Below are positions 13,286 to 27,556 of a DNA stretch of 64,000 nt, piece by piece. How positions within the stretch are numbered: position 1 is the first letter of the stretch; every line of letters begins with the position of its first letter. Made by a program: the position numbers and the translations under genes. Origin of the DNA: the human T2T-CHM13v2.0 reference genome, Homo sapiens; the NCBI GenBank assembly GCA_009914755.4, contig CP086569.2:32416001-32480000 (forward strand). Reading direction: 5' to 3'. Under the pieces are notes generated by a model that had not been told where the DNA came from, made no database searches, and saw only the letters and a list, made by a program, of their open reading frames with translations.

Positions 13286-16200
13286 GAATGGAAAGTAATC
13301 CAATGGAATAGAATCTAATGCAATAAAATCGACTCAGATAGAGTAGAATGTAATGGAATGGAGTGCAGTGCAATGGAATGGAATGGAATGGAATGCAATG
13401 GAATGGAATGGAATGGAATGGAATGGAATGGAATGGGATGGAATGGTATGGAATGGATAGTAATGGACTGGAGTGAAATGGACTGGAAAGGAATGGACTC
13501 AAATTGAAAGGGCTCGAAAGGAATGGAGTCAAATGGAATGGTCTGGAATGGAATGAACACGAATGTAATGCAATCCAATAGAATGGAATCGAATGGCATG
13601 GAATATAAAGAAATGGAATCGAAGAGAATGGAAACAAATGGAATGGAATTGAATGGAATGGAATTGAATGGAATGGGAACGAATGGAGTGAAATTGTATG
13701 CAGTAGAAGAGAATAGAATGGAATGCAAGCGAAAGGAAAGGAATGGATTGGAATGGAATGGAATTCATTGGAATGGAAGGGAATGTAGTGTAATGGACAG
13801 GCCTGGAATAAAGTGGAATGCTACGGTCTCGAATGGAATAAAAATGTATGGAATGGAATGCAATGAAACGGAATCGAATGTCATAGAATGTAATGGAATG
13901 CAAAAAAATGGAATCCAAAATCATTGAATGGAAAGGCTGGGTGTCGAAAGGAATTGACTCCAATGGAATGGAATCGAATGGAATGGAAGTGAATAGAATC
14001 GAACTAAATCGTATGGAATGGAATTGATAGGAACGGAATGGAAAGGAATGCAATGATTTGGCATGGAATGGAATCGAATGGCATCGAATGGAATGGAATG
14101 GAATGCAATGGAATGGAATGTATTAGAATGGAATGAACTTTAATGGAATGTACTCGAATGGATTCGACTGGAATGGAATGTTCTGGAAGTGAATGGACTC
14201 CAATGGAATGGATTCAAAAGGAATGGAATCCTACGGAATGGAATCTAATGGAATGGAATTAAATGGAAATGAATCAAATTGAATAGCACGGAATTGAATT
14301 GAATGGAATGGAATGCAATGGAATCTAATGAAACGGAAAGGAAAGGAATGGAATGGAATGGAATGGGCTGGAATGGAAAGGAATCGAAACGAATGGAATG
14401 GAATCGAACTGAAGAGACTGGAATGGAATGCACTGGAATGGAAGGGAGTGTAATGGAAGGTTGTCGAAAAAAATGGAATCGAATGGAATAGAATTGAATG
14501 GAACCGAATAGAGTCGAATGGAATTGAATGGAATGGAATGGACTAGAGTGAAATGGAATCGAACCACAAGGAATGGACAGGAATAGAATGGTCTCGAATT
14601 GAATGGAATCGTATGGAATGGCATCAAACGGAATGGAATGGACAGCCACGGAATGGAATGCACTCGAATGCAATGGAGTCGAAACAAATGGACTGGAATA
14701 GAATGGACTCGACTGGTACGGACTCCAATGGAATGGAATCGAATGGAAGGGAATCGAACGGAAGGGAATCGAACGGAATGGACTCGAAGGGAAAAGACTG
14801 CAATGGAAAGGTCTCGAATGGAATGGAAATTAATGGAATGGAATGGAATCGAATGAAATGGAGTCAAAAGGAATGGAATCGAATGGCAAGAAATCGAATG
14901 TAATGGAATCGCCAGGAATTGATGTGAACGGAACGGAATGGAATGGAATCCAAAGGAATGGAATAGAATGGAATGGAATCGAATGGAAAGGACTCGAATG
15001 GAAATCACTCGAATAGAATGCAATTTAATAAAATAGGATCAAATGTAATGGAATGGAATGGAAAGGAATCGAAACGAAAGGAATGGAGACAGATGGAATG
15101 GAATGGAACAGAGAGCAATGGTATAGAATGGAATGGAATCATCTGGAATGGAATTGAATGGAATGGAATAATATGAAATGGAATGGAATGGAATGGAATG
15201 GAATGCCCTTGAATTAAATGGACTGGAATGGAATGGACTCAAACAGAGTGGAATGGAAAGTGTGGAGATAGAATGGAATGAACTCCTTTGGAATGGTGTA
15301 GTATGCAATGCAATCGACTGGCAGGGAATCAAAAGGAATGTAATCGAATGGATTGGACTGGAATGCAATGGACTCGAATAGATTGGAAACGGAATGCAAA
15401 GGAATGGAATGGAATAGTATGGAATGCAATGGAAGGGAATGGAGTGGAATAGACTAGAGTGGAATGGAATGGACTGGAAAGCAATGGACTGAAATGGAAC
15501 TTTCTTGGATGGACTGGAATCAAACGGAATGGAATGCAATGCAATCAAATGGCATGGAATAAAATAGAATGAAAGAGAATCAAATGGAATTGAATCGAAT
15601 GGAATCGAATGGATTGGAAATGAATAGAATGGAATGGAATGGAATTGACTCAAATGGAATGGACTAGAATGGAATGGATTCGAATGGAAGGCAAAGGAAT
15701 GGAATCTATTGGAATGGACTGTAATGGAATGGAATGGAAGGGATTGGAATGGACTCGAATGGAATGGACTGCAATAGAAAGGATTCGAATGGAATGAAAA
15801 AGAATTGAATGGAATAGAACAGAATGGAATCAAATCGAATGAAATGGAATGGAATAGAAAGGAATGGAATGAAATGGAATGGAAAGGATTCGAATGGAAT
15901 GCAATCGAATGGAATGGAATCGAACGGAATGGAATAAAATGGAAGAAAACTGGCAAGAAATGGAATCGAAATGAATGGAGTGTTATGGAACGGACTCAAA
16001 AGGAATTGAATGTAATAGAATGGAGTGGAGTGGACTCGAATATAATGGACTGGAATGGAATGAAATCACATGGAATGGGAACGAATGGAATGGAATGGAA
16101 AGGAATGGAATCGAATGGAAAGGAATCGAATGGAAGGGAATGAAATTGAATCAACACGAATGGAAGGGAATAGAATAGACTGTAATGGAATGGACTCGAA

Positions 16201-16859
16201 TAGAATGGACACGAATGCTCAAATTAAATGGACTCGAATGGAATGGAAACGAAAGGAATGTCATCGAATGGAATTGAATCGATTGGAATGACATCGCATA
16301 GAATGGAGTGGAATCAAATGGAATTGAATCGAAAGGAAAGGAAGCGAATGGACTGAAATGAAATGGAATGGAATTGAATGGAAAGTAATGCAATGGAATA
16401 GAATGGAACGAAATTTCACGGAATGGAATCAAACTGAATGGAATCAAATCAATGGAATCAAATCAAATGGAATGGAAAGGAATTGAATGGAGTAGATGGG
16501 ATTGGATGGGATTGGAATGAAATGTACTGGAAAGGACTCGAATTTCATGAAACGGAATGGAATGAATTGGAACGGAATGGACTCGAATGGAATGGAATGT
16601 CATGGGATGGCATCAAATGGAATGGCATCAAATGGAATGGAATCGAATGCAGTGGAATGCTATGGAATGGAATGGAATGCATTGGAATGGAATGTCCTCT
16701 AATGGAATGGATTCGAGTGGAATGGAATTGAATATAATGGAGTCGAATGAAATGGAATTGAAAGGAATGGGATCGAATACAATGGAATATACTGGAATGT
16801 AACGTAATGAACTCGAATGTAATTGACTGGAATGGAATGTACATGAATGGAATGTAATC
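13286..16859. repeat. HOR unit 5 (3574 bp), 'C'-like subtype; first unit of a diverged copy of the dimeric super-repeat
   Basis: Landmark at 13286. Shares GCRKK, FRQPS, VVCNAIDW, PVHPRKFH and RIDCNG markers with units 7, 9 and 11. Has a 305-aa minus ORF at 15039-15956. Confidence 0.8.
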
Positions 16860-19800
16860 GAATGGAAAGTAATCCAATGGAATAGAATCTAATGCAATAA
16901 AATCGACTCAGATAGAGTAGAATGTAATGGAATGGAGTGCAGTGCAATGGAATGGAATGGAATGGAATGCAATGGAATGGAATGGAATGGAATGGAATGG
17001 AATGGAATGGAATGGGATGGAATGGTATGGAATGGATAGTAATAGACTGGAGTGAAATGGACTGGAAAGGAATGGACTCAAATTGAAAGGGCTCGAAAGG
17101 AATGGAGTCAAATGGAATGGTCTGGAATGGAATGAACACGAATGTAATGCAACCCAATAGAATGGAATCGAATGGCATGGAATATAAAGAAATGGAATCG
17201 AAGAGAATGGAAACAAATGGAATGGAATTGAATGGAATGGAATTGAATGGAATGGGAACGAATGGAGTGAAATTGTATGCAGTAGAAGAGAATAGAATGG
17301 AATGCAAGCGAAAGGAAAGGAATGGATTGGAATGGAATGGAATTCATTGGAATGGAAGGGAATGTAGTGTAATGGACAGGCCTGGAATAAAGTGGAATGC
17401 TACGGTCTCGAATGGAATAAAAATGTATGGAATGGAATGCAATGAAACGGAATCGAATGTCATAGAATGTAATGGAATGCAAAAAAATGGAATCCAAAAT
17501 CATTGACTGGAAAGGCTGGGTGTCGAAAGGAATTGACTCCAATGGAATGGAATCGAATGGAATGGAAGTGAATAGAATCGAACTAAATCGAATGGAATGG
17601 AATTGATAGGAACGGAATGGAAAGGAATGCAATGATTTGGCATGGAATGGAATCGAATGGCATCGAATGGAATGGAATGGAATGCAATGGAATGGAATGT
17701 ATTAGAATGTAATGAACTTTAATGGAATGTACTCGAATGGATTCGACTGGAATGGAATGTTCTGGAAGTGAATGGACTCCAATGGAATGGATTCAAAAGG
17801 AATGGAATCGTACGGAATGGAATCTAATGGAATGGAATTAAATGGAAATGAATCAAATTGAATAGCACGGAATTGAATTGAATGGAATGGAATGCAATGG
17901 AATCTAATGAAACGGAAAGGAAAGGAATGGAATGGAATGGAATGGGCTGGAATGGAAAGGAATCGAAACGAATGGAATGGAATCGAACTGAAGAGACTGG
18001 AATGGAATGCACTGGAATGGAAGGGAGTGTAATGGAAGGTTCTCGAAAAAAATGGAATCGAATGGAATGGAATTGAATGGAACGGAATAGAGTCGAATGG
18101 AATTGAATGGAATGGAATGGACTAGAGTGAAATGGAATCGAACCACAAGGAATGGACAGGAATAGAATGGTCTCGAATTGAATGGAATCGTATGGAATGG
18201 CATCAAACGGAATGGAATGGACAGCCACGGAATGGAATGCACTCGAATGCAATGGAGTCGAAACTAATGGACTGGAATAGAATGGACTCGACTGGTACGG
18301 ACTCCAATGGAATGGAATCGAATGGAAGGGAATCGAACGGAAGGGAATCGAACGGAATGGACTCGAAGGGAAAAGACTGCAATGGAAAGGTCTCGAATGG
18401 AATGGAAATTAATGGAATGGAATGGAATCGAATGAAATGGAGTCAAAAGGAATGGAATCGAATGGCAAGAAATCGAATGTAATGGAATCGCCAGGAATTG
18501 ATGTGAACGGAACGGAATGGAATGGAATCCAAAGGAATGGAATAGAATGGAATGGAATCGAATGGAAAGGACTCGAATGGAAATCACTCGAATAGAATGC
18601 AATTTAATAAAATAGGATCAAATGTAATGGAATGGAATGGAAAGGAATCGAAACGAAAGGAATGGAGACAGATGGAATGGAATGGAACAGAGAGCAATGG
18701 TATAGAATGGAATGGAATCATCTGGAATGGAATTGAATGGAATGGAATAATATGAAATGGAATGGAATGGAATGGAATGGAATGCCCTTGAATTAAATGG
18801 ACTGGAATGGAATGGACTCAAACAGAGTGGAATGGAAAGTGTGGAGATAGAATGGAATGAACTCCTTTGGAATGGTGTAGTATGCAATGCAATCGACTGG
18901 CAGGGAATCAAAAGGAATGTAATCGAATGGATTGGACTGGAATGCAATGGACTCGAATAGATTGGAAACGGAATGCAAAGGAATGGAATGGAATAGTATG
19001 GAATGCAATGGAAGGGAATGGAGTGGAATAGACTAGAGTGGAATGGAATGGACTGGAAAGCAATGGACTGAAATGGAACTTTCCTGAATGGACTGGAATC
19101 AAACGGAATGGAATGCAATGCAATCAAATGGCATGGAATAAAATAGAATGAAAGAGAATCAAATGGAATTGAATCGAATGGAATCGAATGGATTGGAAAG
19201 GAATAGAATGGAATGGAATGGAATTGACTCAAATGGAATGGACTAGAATGGAATGGATTCGAATGGAAGGCAAAGGAATGGAATCTATTGGAATGGACTG
19301 TAATGGAATGGAATGGAAGGGATTGGAATGGACTCGAATGGAATGGACTGCAATAGAAAGGATTCGAATGGAATGAAAAAGAATTGAATGGAATAGAACA
19401 GAATGGAATCAAATCGAATGAAATGGAATGGAATAGAAAGGAATGGAATGAAATGGAATGGAAAGGATTCGAATGGAATGCAATCGAATGGAATGGAATC
19501 GAACGGAATGGAATAAAATGGAAGAAAACTGGCAAGAAATGGAATCGAAATGAATGGAGTGTTATGGAACGGACTCAAAAGGAATTGAATGTAATAGAAT
19601 GGAGTGGAGTGGACTCGAATATAATGGACTGGAATGGAATGAAATCACATGGAATGGGAACGAATGGAATGGAATGGAAAGGAATGGAATCGAATGGAAA
19701 GGAATCGAATGGAAGGGAATGAAATTGAATCAACAGGAATGGAAGGGAATAGAATAGACGGTAATGGAATGGACTCGAATAGAATGGACACGAATGCTCA

Positions 19801-20438
19801 AATTAAATGGACTCGAATGGAATGGAAACGAAAGGAATGTCATCGAATGGAATTGAATCGATTGGAATGAAATCGCATAGAATGGAGTGGAATCAAATGG
19901 AATTGAATCGAAAGGAAAGGAAGCGAATGGACTGAAATGAAATGGAATGGAATTGAATGGAAAGTAATGCAATGGAATAGAATGGAACGAAATTTCACGG
20001 AATGGAATCAAACTGAATGGAATCAAATCAATGGAATCAAATCAAATGGAATGGAAAGGAATTGAATGGAGTAGATGGGATTGGATGGGATTGGAATGAA
20101 ATGTACTGGAAAGGACTCGAATTTCATGAAACGGAATGGAATGAATTGGAACGGAATGGACTCGAATGGAATGGAATGTCATGGGATGGCATCAAACGGA
20201 ATGGCATCAAATGGAATGGAATCGAATGCAATGGAATGCTATGGAATGGAATGGAATGCATTGGAATGGAATGTCCTCTAATGGAATGGATTCGAGTGGA
20301 ATGGAATTGAATATAATGGAGTCGAATGAAATGGAATTGAAAGGAATGGGATCGAATACAATGGAATATACTGGAATGTAACGTAATGAACTCGAATGTA
20401 ATTGACTGGAATGGAATGTACATGAATGGAATGTAATC
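16860..20438. repeat. HOR unit 6 (3579 bp), mosaic: 3' half 'D'-like, 5' half like units 1–4
   Basis: Landmark at 16860. 3' half carries GIKRNG, MGWHQTEW, SKGIECN and a 165-aa minus ORF, as in units 8 and 10. 5' half carries GSRKK, FREPS and ARNRM, as in units 1–4. Confidence 0.8.
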
Positions 20439-23400
20439 GAATGGAAAGTAATCCAATGGAATAGAATCTAATGCAATAAAATCGACTCAGATAGAGTAGA
20501 ATGTAATGGAATGGAGTGCAGTGCAATGGAATGGAATGGAATAGAATGCAATGGAATGGAATGGAATGGAATGGGATGGAATGGTATGGAATGGATAGTA
20601 ATGGACTGGAGTGAAATGGACTGGAAAGGAATGGACTCAAATTGAAAGGGCACGAAAGGAATGGAGTCAAATGGAATGGTCTGGAATGGAATGAACACGA
20701 ATGTAATGCAACCCAATAGAATGGAATCGAATGGCATGGAATATAAAGAAATGGAATCGAAGAGAATGGAAACAAATGGAATGGAATTGAATGGAATGGG
20801 AACGAATGGAGTGAAATTGTATGCAGTAGAAGTGAATAGAATGGAATGCAAGCGAAAGGAAAGGAATGGATTGGAATGGAATGGAATTCATTGGAATGGA
20901 AGGGAATGTAGTGTAATGGACAGGCCTGGAATAAAGTGGAATGCTACGGTCTCGAATGGAATAAAAATGTATGGAATGGAATGCAATGAAACGGAATCGA
21001 ATGTCATAGAATGTAATGGAATGCAAAAAAATGGAATCCAAAATCATTGACTGGAAAGGCTGGGTGTCGAAAGGAATTGACTCCAATGGAATGGAATCGA
21101 ATGGAATGGAAGTGAATAGAATCGAACTAAATCGAATGGAATGGAATTGATAGGAACGGAATGGAAAGGAATGCAATGATTTGGCATGGAATGGAATCGA
21201 ATGGCATCGAATGGAATGGAATGGAATGCAATGGAATGGAATGTATTAGAATGGAATGAACTTTAATGGAATGTACTCGAATGGATTCGACTGGAATGGA
21301 ATGTTCTGGAAGTGAATGGACTCCAATGGAATGGATTCAAAAGGAATGGAATCGTACGGAATGGAATCTAATGGAATGGAATTAAATGGAAATGAATCAA
21401 ATTGAATAGCACGGAATTGAATTGAATGGAATGGAATGCAATGGAATCTAATGAAACGGAAAGGAAAGGAATGGAATGGAATGGAATGGGCTGGAATGGA
21501 AAGGAATCGAAACGAATGGAATGGAATCGAACTGAAGAGACTGGAATGGAATGCACTGGAATGGAAGGGAGTGTAATGGAAGGTTGTCGAAAAAAATGGA
21601 ATCGAATGGAATGGAATTGAATGGAACGGAATAGAGTCGAATGGAATTGAATGGAATGGAATGGACTAGAGTGAAATGGAATCGAACCACAAGGAATGGA
21701 CAGGAATAGAATGGTCTCGAATTGAATGGAATCGTATGGAATGGCATCAAACGGAATGGAATGGACAGCCACGGAATGGAATGCACTCGAATGCAATGGA
21801 GTCGAAACTAATGGACTGGAATAGAATGGACTCGACTGGTACGGACTCCAATGGAATGGAATCGAATGGAAGGGAATCGAACGGAAGGGAATCGAACGGA
21901 ATGGACTCGAAGGGAAAAGACTGCAATGGAAAGGTCTCGAATGGAATGGAAATTAATGGAATGGAATGGAATCGAATGAAATGGAGTCAAAAGGAATGGA
22001 ATCGAATGGCAAGAAATCTAATGTAATGGAATCGCCAGGAATTGATGTGAACGGAACGGAATGGAATGGAATCCAAAGGAATGGAATAGAATGGAATGGA
22101 ATCGAATGGAAAGGACTCCAATGGAAATCACTCGAATAGAATGCAATTTAATAAAATAGGATCAAATGTAATGGAATGGAATGGAAAGGAATCGAAACGA
22201 AAGGAATGGAGACAGATGGAATGGAATGGAACAGAGAGCAATGGTATAGAATGGAATGGAATCATCTGGAATGGAATTGAATGGAATGGAATAATATGAA
22301 ATGGAATGGAATGGAATGGAGTGGAATGCCCTTGAATTAAATGGACTGGAATGGAATGGACTCAAACAGAGTGGAATGGAAAGTGTGGAGATAGAATGGA
22401 ATGAACTCCTTTGGAATGGTGTAGTATGCAATGCAATCGACTGGCAGGGAATCAAAAGAAATGTAATCGAATGGATTGGACTGGAATGCAATGGACTCGA
22501 ATAGATTGGAAACGGAATGCAAAGGAATGGAATGGAATAGTATGGAATGCAATGGAAGGGAATGGAGTGGAATAGACTAGAGTGGAATGGAATGGACTGG
22601 AAAGCAATGGACTGGAATGGAACTTTCTTGGATGGACTGGAATCAAACGGAATGGAATGCAATGCAATCAAATGGCATGGAATAAAATAGAATGAAAGAG
22701 AATCAAATGGAATTGAATCGAATGGAATCGAATGGATTGGAAATGAATAGAATGGAATGGAATGGAATGGACTCAAATGGAATGGACTAGAATGGAATGG
22801 ATTCGAATGGAAGGCAAAGGAATGGAATCTATTGGAATGGACTGTAATGGAATGGAATGGAAGGGATTGGAATGGACTCGAATGGAATGGACTGCAATAG
22901 AAAGGATTCGAATGGAATGAAAAAGAATTGAATGGAATAGAACAGAATGGAATCAAATCGAATGAAATGGAATGGAATAGAAAGGAATGGAATGAAATGG
23001 AATGGAAAGGATTCGAATGGAATGCAATCGAATGGAATGGAATCGAACGGAATGGAATAAAATGGAAGAAAACTGGCAAGAAATGGAATCGAAATGAATG
23101 GAGTGTTATGGAACGGACTCAAACGGAATTGAATGTAATAGAATGGAGTGGAGTGGACTCGAATATAATGGACTGGAATGGAATGAAATCACATGGAATG
23201 GGAACGAATGGAATGGAATGGAAAGGAATGGAATCGAATGGAAAGGAATCGAATGGAAGGGAATGAAATTGAATCAACAGGAATGGAAGGGAATAGAATA
23301 GACTGTAATGGAATGGACTCGAATAGAATGGACACGAATGCTCAAATTAAATGGACTCGAATGGAATGGAAACGAAAGGAATGTCATCGAATGGAATTGA

Positions 23401-23982
23401 ATCGATTGGAATGAAATCGCATAGAATGGAGTGGAATCAAATGGAATTGAATCGAAAGGAAAGGAAGCGAATGGACTGAAATGAAATGGAATGGAATTGT
23501 ATGGAAAGTAATGCAATGGAATAGAATGGAACGAAATTTCACGGAATGGAATCAAACTGAATGGAATCAAATCAATGGAATCAAATCAAATGGAATGGAA
23601 AGGAATTGAATGGAGTAGATGGGATTGGATGGGATTGGAATGAAATGTACTGGAAAGGACTCGAATTTCATGAAACGGAATGGAATGAATTGGAACGGAA
23701 TGGACTCGAATGGAATGGAATGTCATGGGATGGCATCAAATGGAATGGCATCAAATGGAATGGAATCGAATGCAATGGAATGCTGTGGAATGGAATGGAA
23801 TGCATTGGAATGGAATGTCCTCTAATGGAATGGATTCGAGTGGAATGGAATTGAATATAATGGAGTCGAATGAAATGGAATTGAAAGGAATGGGATCGAA
23901 TACAATGGAATATACTGGAATGTAACGTAATGAACTCGAATGTAATTGACTGGAATGGAATGTACATGAATGGAATGTAATC
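20439..23982. repeat. HOR unit 7 (3544 bp), subtype 'C'
   Basis: Landmark at 20439. Markers: ISFDSLPVD, IRLHFF, SNGIECN, YFPYNS, MECCGMEW, NAVEW. 305-aa minus ORF 22162-23079. Confidence 0.85.
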
Positions 23983-26900
23983 GAATGGAAAGTAATCCAA
24001 TGGAATAGAATCTAATGCAATAAAATCGACTCAGATAGAGTAGAATGTAATGGAATGGAGTGCAGTGCAATGGAATGGAATGGAATGGAATGCAATGGAA
24101 TGGAATGGAATGGAATGGAATGGAATGGAATGGGATGGAATGGTATGGAATGGATAGTAATAGACTGGAGTGAAATGGACTGGAAAGGAATGGACTCAAA
24201 TTGAAAGGGCTCGAAAGGAATGGAGTCAAATGGAATGGTCTGGAATGGAATGAACACGAATGTAATGCAACCCAATAGAATGGAATCGAATGGCATGGAA
24301 TATAAAGAAATGGAATCGAAGAGAATGGAAACAAATGGAATGGAATTGAATGGAATGGAATTGAATGGAATGGGAACGAATGGAGTGAAATTGTATGCAG
24401 TAGAAGAGAATAGAATGGAATGCAAGCGAAAGGAAAGGAATGGATTGGAATGGAATGGAATTCATTGGAATGGAAGGGAATGTAGTGTAATGGACAGGCC
24501 TGGAATAAAGTGGAATGCTACGGTCTCGAATGGAATAAAAATGTATGGAATGGAATGCAATGAAACGGAATCGAATGTCATAGAATGTAATGGAATGCAA
24601 AAAAATGGAATCCAAAATCATTGACTGGAAAGGCTGGGTGTCGAAAGGAATTGACTCCAATGGAATGGAATCGAATGGAATGGAAGTGAATAGAATCGAA
24701 CTAAATCGAATGGAATGGAATTGATAGGAACGGAATGGAAAGGAATGCAATGATTTGGCATGGAATGGAATCGAATGGCATCGAATGGAATGGAATGGAA
24801 TGCAATGGAATGGAATGTATTAGAATGTAATGAACTTTAATGGAATGTACTCGAATGGATTCGACTGGAATGGAATGTTCTGGAAGTGAATGGACTCCAA
24901 TGGAATGGATTCAAAAGGAATGGAATCGTACGGAATGGAATCTAATGGAATGGAATTAAATGGAAATGAATCAAATTGAATAGCACGGAATTGAATTGAA
25001 TGGAATGGAATGCAATGGAATCTAATGAAACGGAAAGGAAAGGAATGGAATGGAATGGAATGGGCTGGAATGGAAAGGAATCGAAACGAATGGAATGGAA
25101 TCGAACTGAAGAGACTGGAATGGAATGCACTGGAATGGAAGGGAGTGTAATGGAAGGTTGTCGAAAAAAATGGAATCGAATGGAATGGAATTGAATGGAA
25201 CGGAATAGAGTCGAATGGAATTGAATGGAATGGAATGGACTAGAGTGAAATGGAATCGAACCACAAGGAATGGACAGGAATAGAATGGTCTCGAATTGAA
25301 TGGAATCGTATGGAATGGCATCAAACGGAATGGAATGGACAGCCACGGAATGGAATGCACTCGAATGCAATGGAGTCGAAACTAATGGACTGGAATAGAA
25401 TGGACTCGACTGGTACGGACTCCAATGGAATGGAATCGAATGGAAGGGAATCGAACGGAAGGGAATCGAACGGAATGGACTCGAAGGGAAAAGACTGCAA
25501 TGGAAAGGTCTCGAATGGAATGGAAATTAATGGAATGGAATGGAATCGAATGAAATGGAGTCAAAAGGAATGGAATCGAATGGCAAGAAATCTAATGTAA
25601 TGGAATCGCCAGGAATTGATGTGAACGGAACGGAATGGAATGGAATCCAAAGGAATGGAATAGAATGGAATGGAATCGAATGGAAAGGACTCCAATGGAA
25701 ATCACTCGAATAGAATGCAATTTAATAAAATAGGATCAAATGTAATGGAATGGAATGGAAAGGAATCGAAACGAAAGGAATGGAGACAGATGGAATGGAA
25801 TGGAACAGAGAGCAATGGTATAGAATGGAATGGAATCATCTGGAATGGAATTGAATGGAATGGAATAATATGAAATGGAATGGAATGGAATGGAATGGAA
25901 TGCCCTTGAATTAAATGGACTGGAATGGAATGGACTCAAACAGAGTGGAATGGAAAGTGTGGAGATAGAATGGAATGAACTCCTTTGGAATGGTGTAGTA
26001 TGCAATGCAATCGACTGGCAGGGAATCAAAAGGAATGTAATCGAATGGATTGGACTGGAATGCAATGGACTCGAATAGATTGGAAACGGAATGCAAAGGA
26101 ATGGAATGGAATAGTATGGAATGCAATGGAAGGGAATGGAGTGGAATAGACTAGAGTGGAATGGAATGGACTGGAAAGCAATGGACTGGAATGGAACTTT
26201 CTTGGATGGACTGGAACCAAACGGAATGGAATGCAATGCAATCAAATGGCATGGAATAAAATAGAATGAAAGAGAATCAAATGGAATTGAATCGAATGGA
26301 ATCGAATGGATTGGAAAGGAATAGAATGGAATGGAATGGAATTGACTCAAATTGAATGGACTAGAATGGAATGGATTCGAATGGAAGGCAAAGGAATGGA
26401 ATCTATTGGAATGGACTGTAATGGAATGGAATGGAAGGGATTGGAATGGACTCGAATGGAATGGACTGCAATAGAAAGGATTCGAATGGAATGAAAAAGA
26501 ATTGAATGGAATAGAACAGAATGGAATCAAATCGAATGAAATGGAATGGAATAGAAAGGAATGGAATGAAATGGAATGGAAAGGATTCGAATGGAATGCA
26601 ATCGAATGGAATGGAATCGAACGGAATGGAATAAAATGGAAGAAAACTGGCAAGAAATGGAATCGAAATGAATGGAGTGTTATGGAACGGACTCAAAAGG
26701 AATTGAATGTAATAGAATGGAGTGGAGTGGACTCGAATATAATGGACTGGAATGGAATGAAATCACATGGAATGGGAACGAATGGAATGGAATGGAAAGG
26801 AATGGAATCGAATGGAAAGGAATCGAATGGAAGGGAATGAAATTGAATCAACAGGAATGGAAGGGAATAGAATAGACTGTAATGGAATGGACTCGAATAG

Positions 26901-27556
26901 AATGGACACGAATGCTCAAATTAAATGGACTCGAATGGAATGGAAACGAAAGGAATGTCATCGAATGGAATTGAATCGATTGGAATGAAATCGCATAGAA
27001 TGGAGTGGAATCAAATGGAATTGAATCGAAAGGAAAGGAAGCGAATGGACTGAAATGAAATGGAATGGAATTGAATGGAAAGTAATGCAATGGAATAGAA
27101 TGGAACGAAATTTCACGGAATGGAATCAAACTGAATGGAATCAAATCAATGGAATCAAATCAAATGGAATGGAAAGGAATTGAATGGAGTAGATGGGATT
27201 GGATGGGATTGGAATGAAATGTACTGGAAAGGACTCGAATTTCATGAAACGGAATGGAATGAATTGGAACGGAATGGACTCGAATGGAATGGAATGTCAT
27301 GGGATGGCATCAAACGGAATGGCATCAAATGGAATGGAATCGAATGCAATGGAATGCTATGGAATGGAATGGAATGCATTGGAATGGAATGTCCTCTAAT
27401 GGAATGGATTCGAGTGGAATGGAATTGAATATAATGGAGTCGAATGAAATGGAATTGAAAGGAATGGGATCGAATACAATGGAATATACTGGAATGTAAC
27501 GTAATGAACTCGAATGTAATTGACTGGAATGGAATGTACATGAATGGAATGTAATC
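23983..27556. repeat. HOR unit 8 (3574 bp), subtype 'D'
   Basis: Landmark at 23983. Markers: RLVPVHP, TQIEW, SKGIECN, GIKRNGIKWNG, MGWHQTEW. The pure GGAAT tract near the unit start is longer than in subtype C (137-aa versus 127-aa minus ORF). Confidence 0.85.

Noticed and set aside
12344-13303. 319-aa minus-strand ORF (and its twin at 50650-51609), the longest 'proteins' in the window
   Set aside because: Pure IPFHS/FHSIP pentapeptide repeat translated from (ATTCC)n. It is long only because the deletion junction and a few point changes removed stop codons. It has no start or stop context, no domain-like complexity, and spans a deletion breakpoint.
15039-15956. Recurrent 305-aa minus-strand ORFs (15039, 18618, 22162, 25736, 29280, 32854, 36398, 39982), plus the 295–313 aa relatives
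   Set aside because: Same low-complexity pentapeptide repeat. The periodic recurrence reflects the HOR, not a gene family. In units 1–3 and 13 the same region is split into 109/122-aa and 208-aa pieces by single-base differences, showing there is no constraint on the frame.
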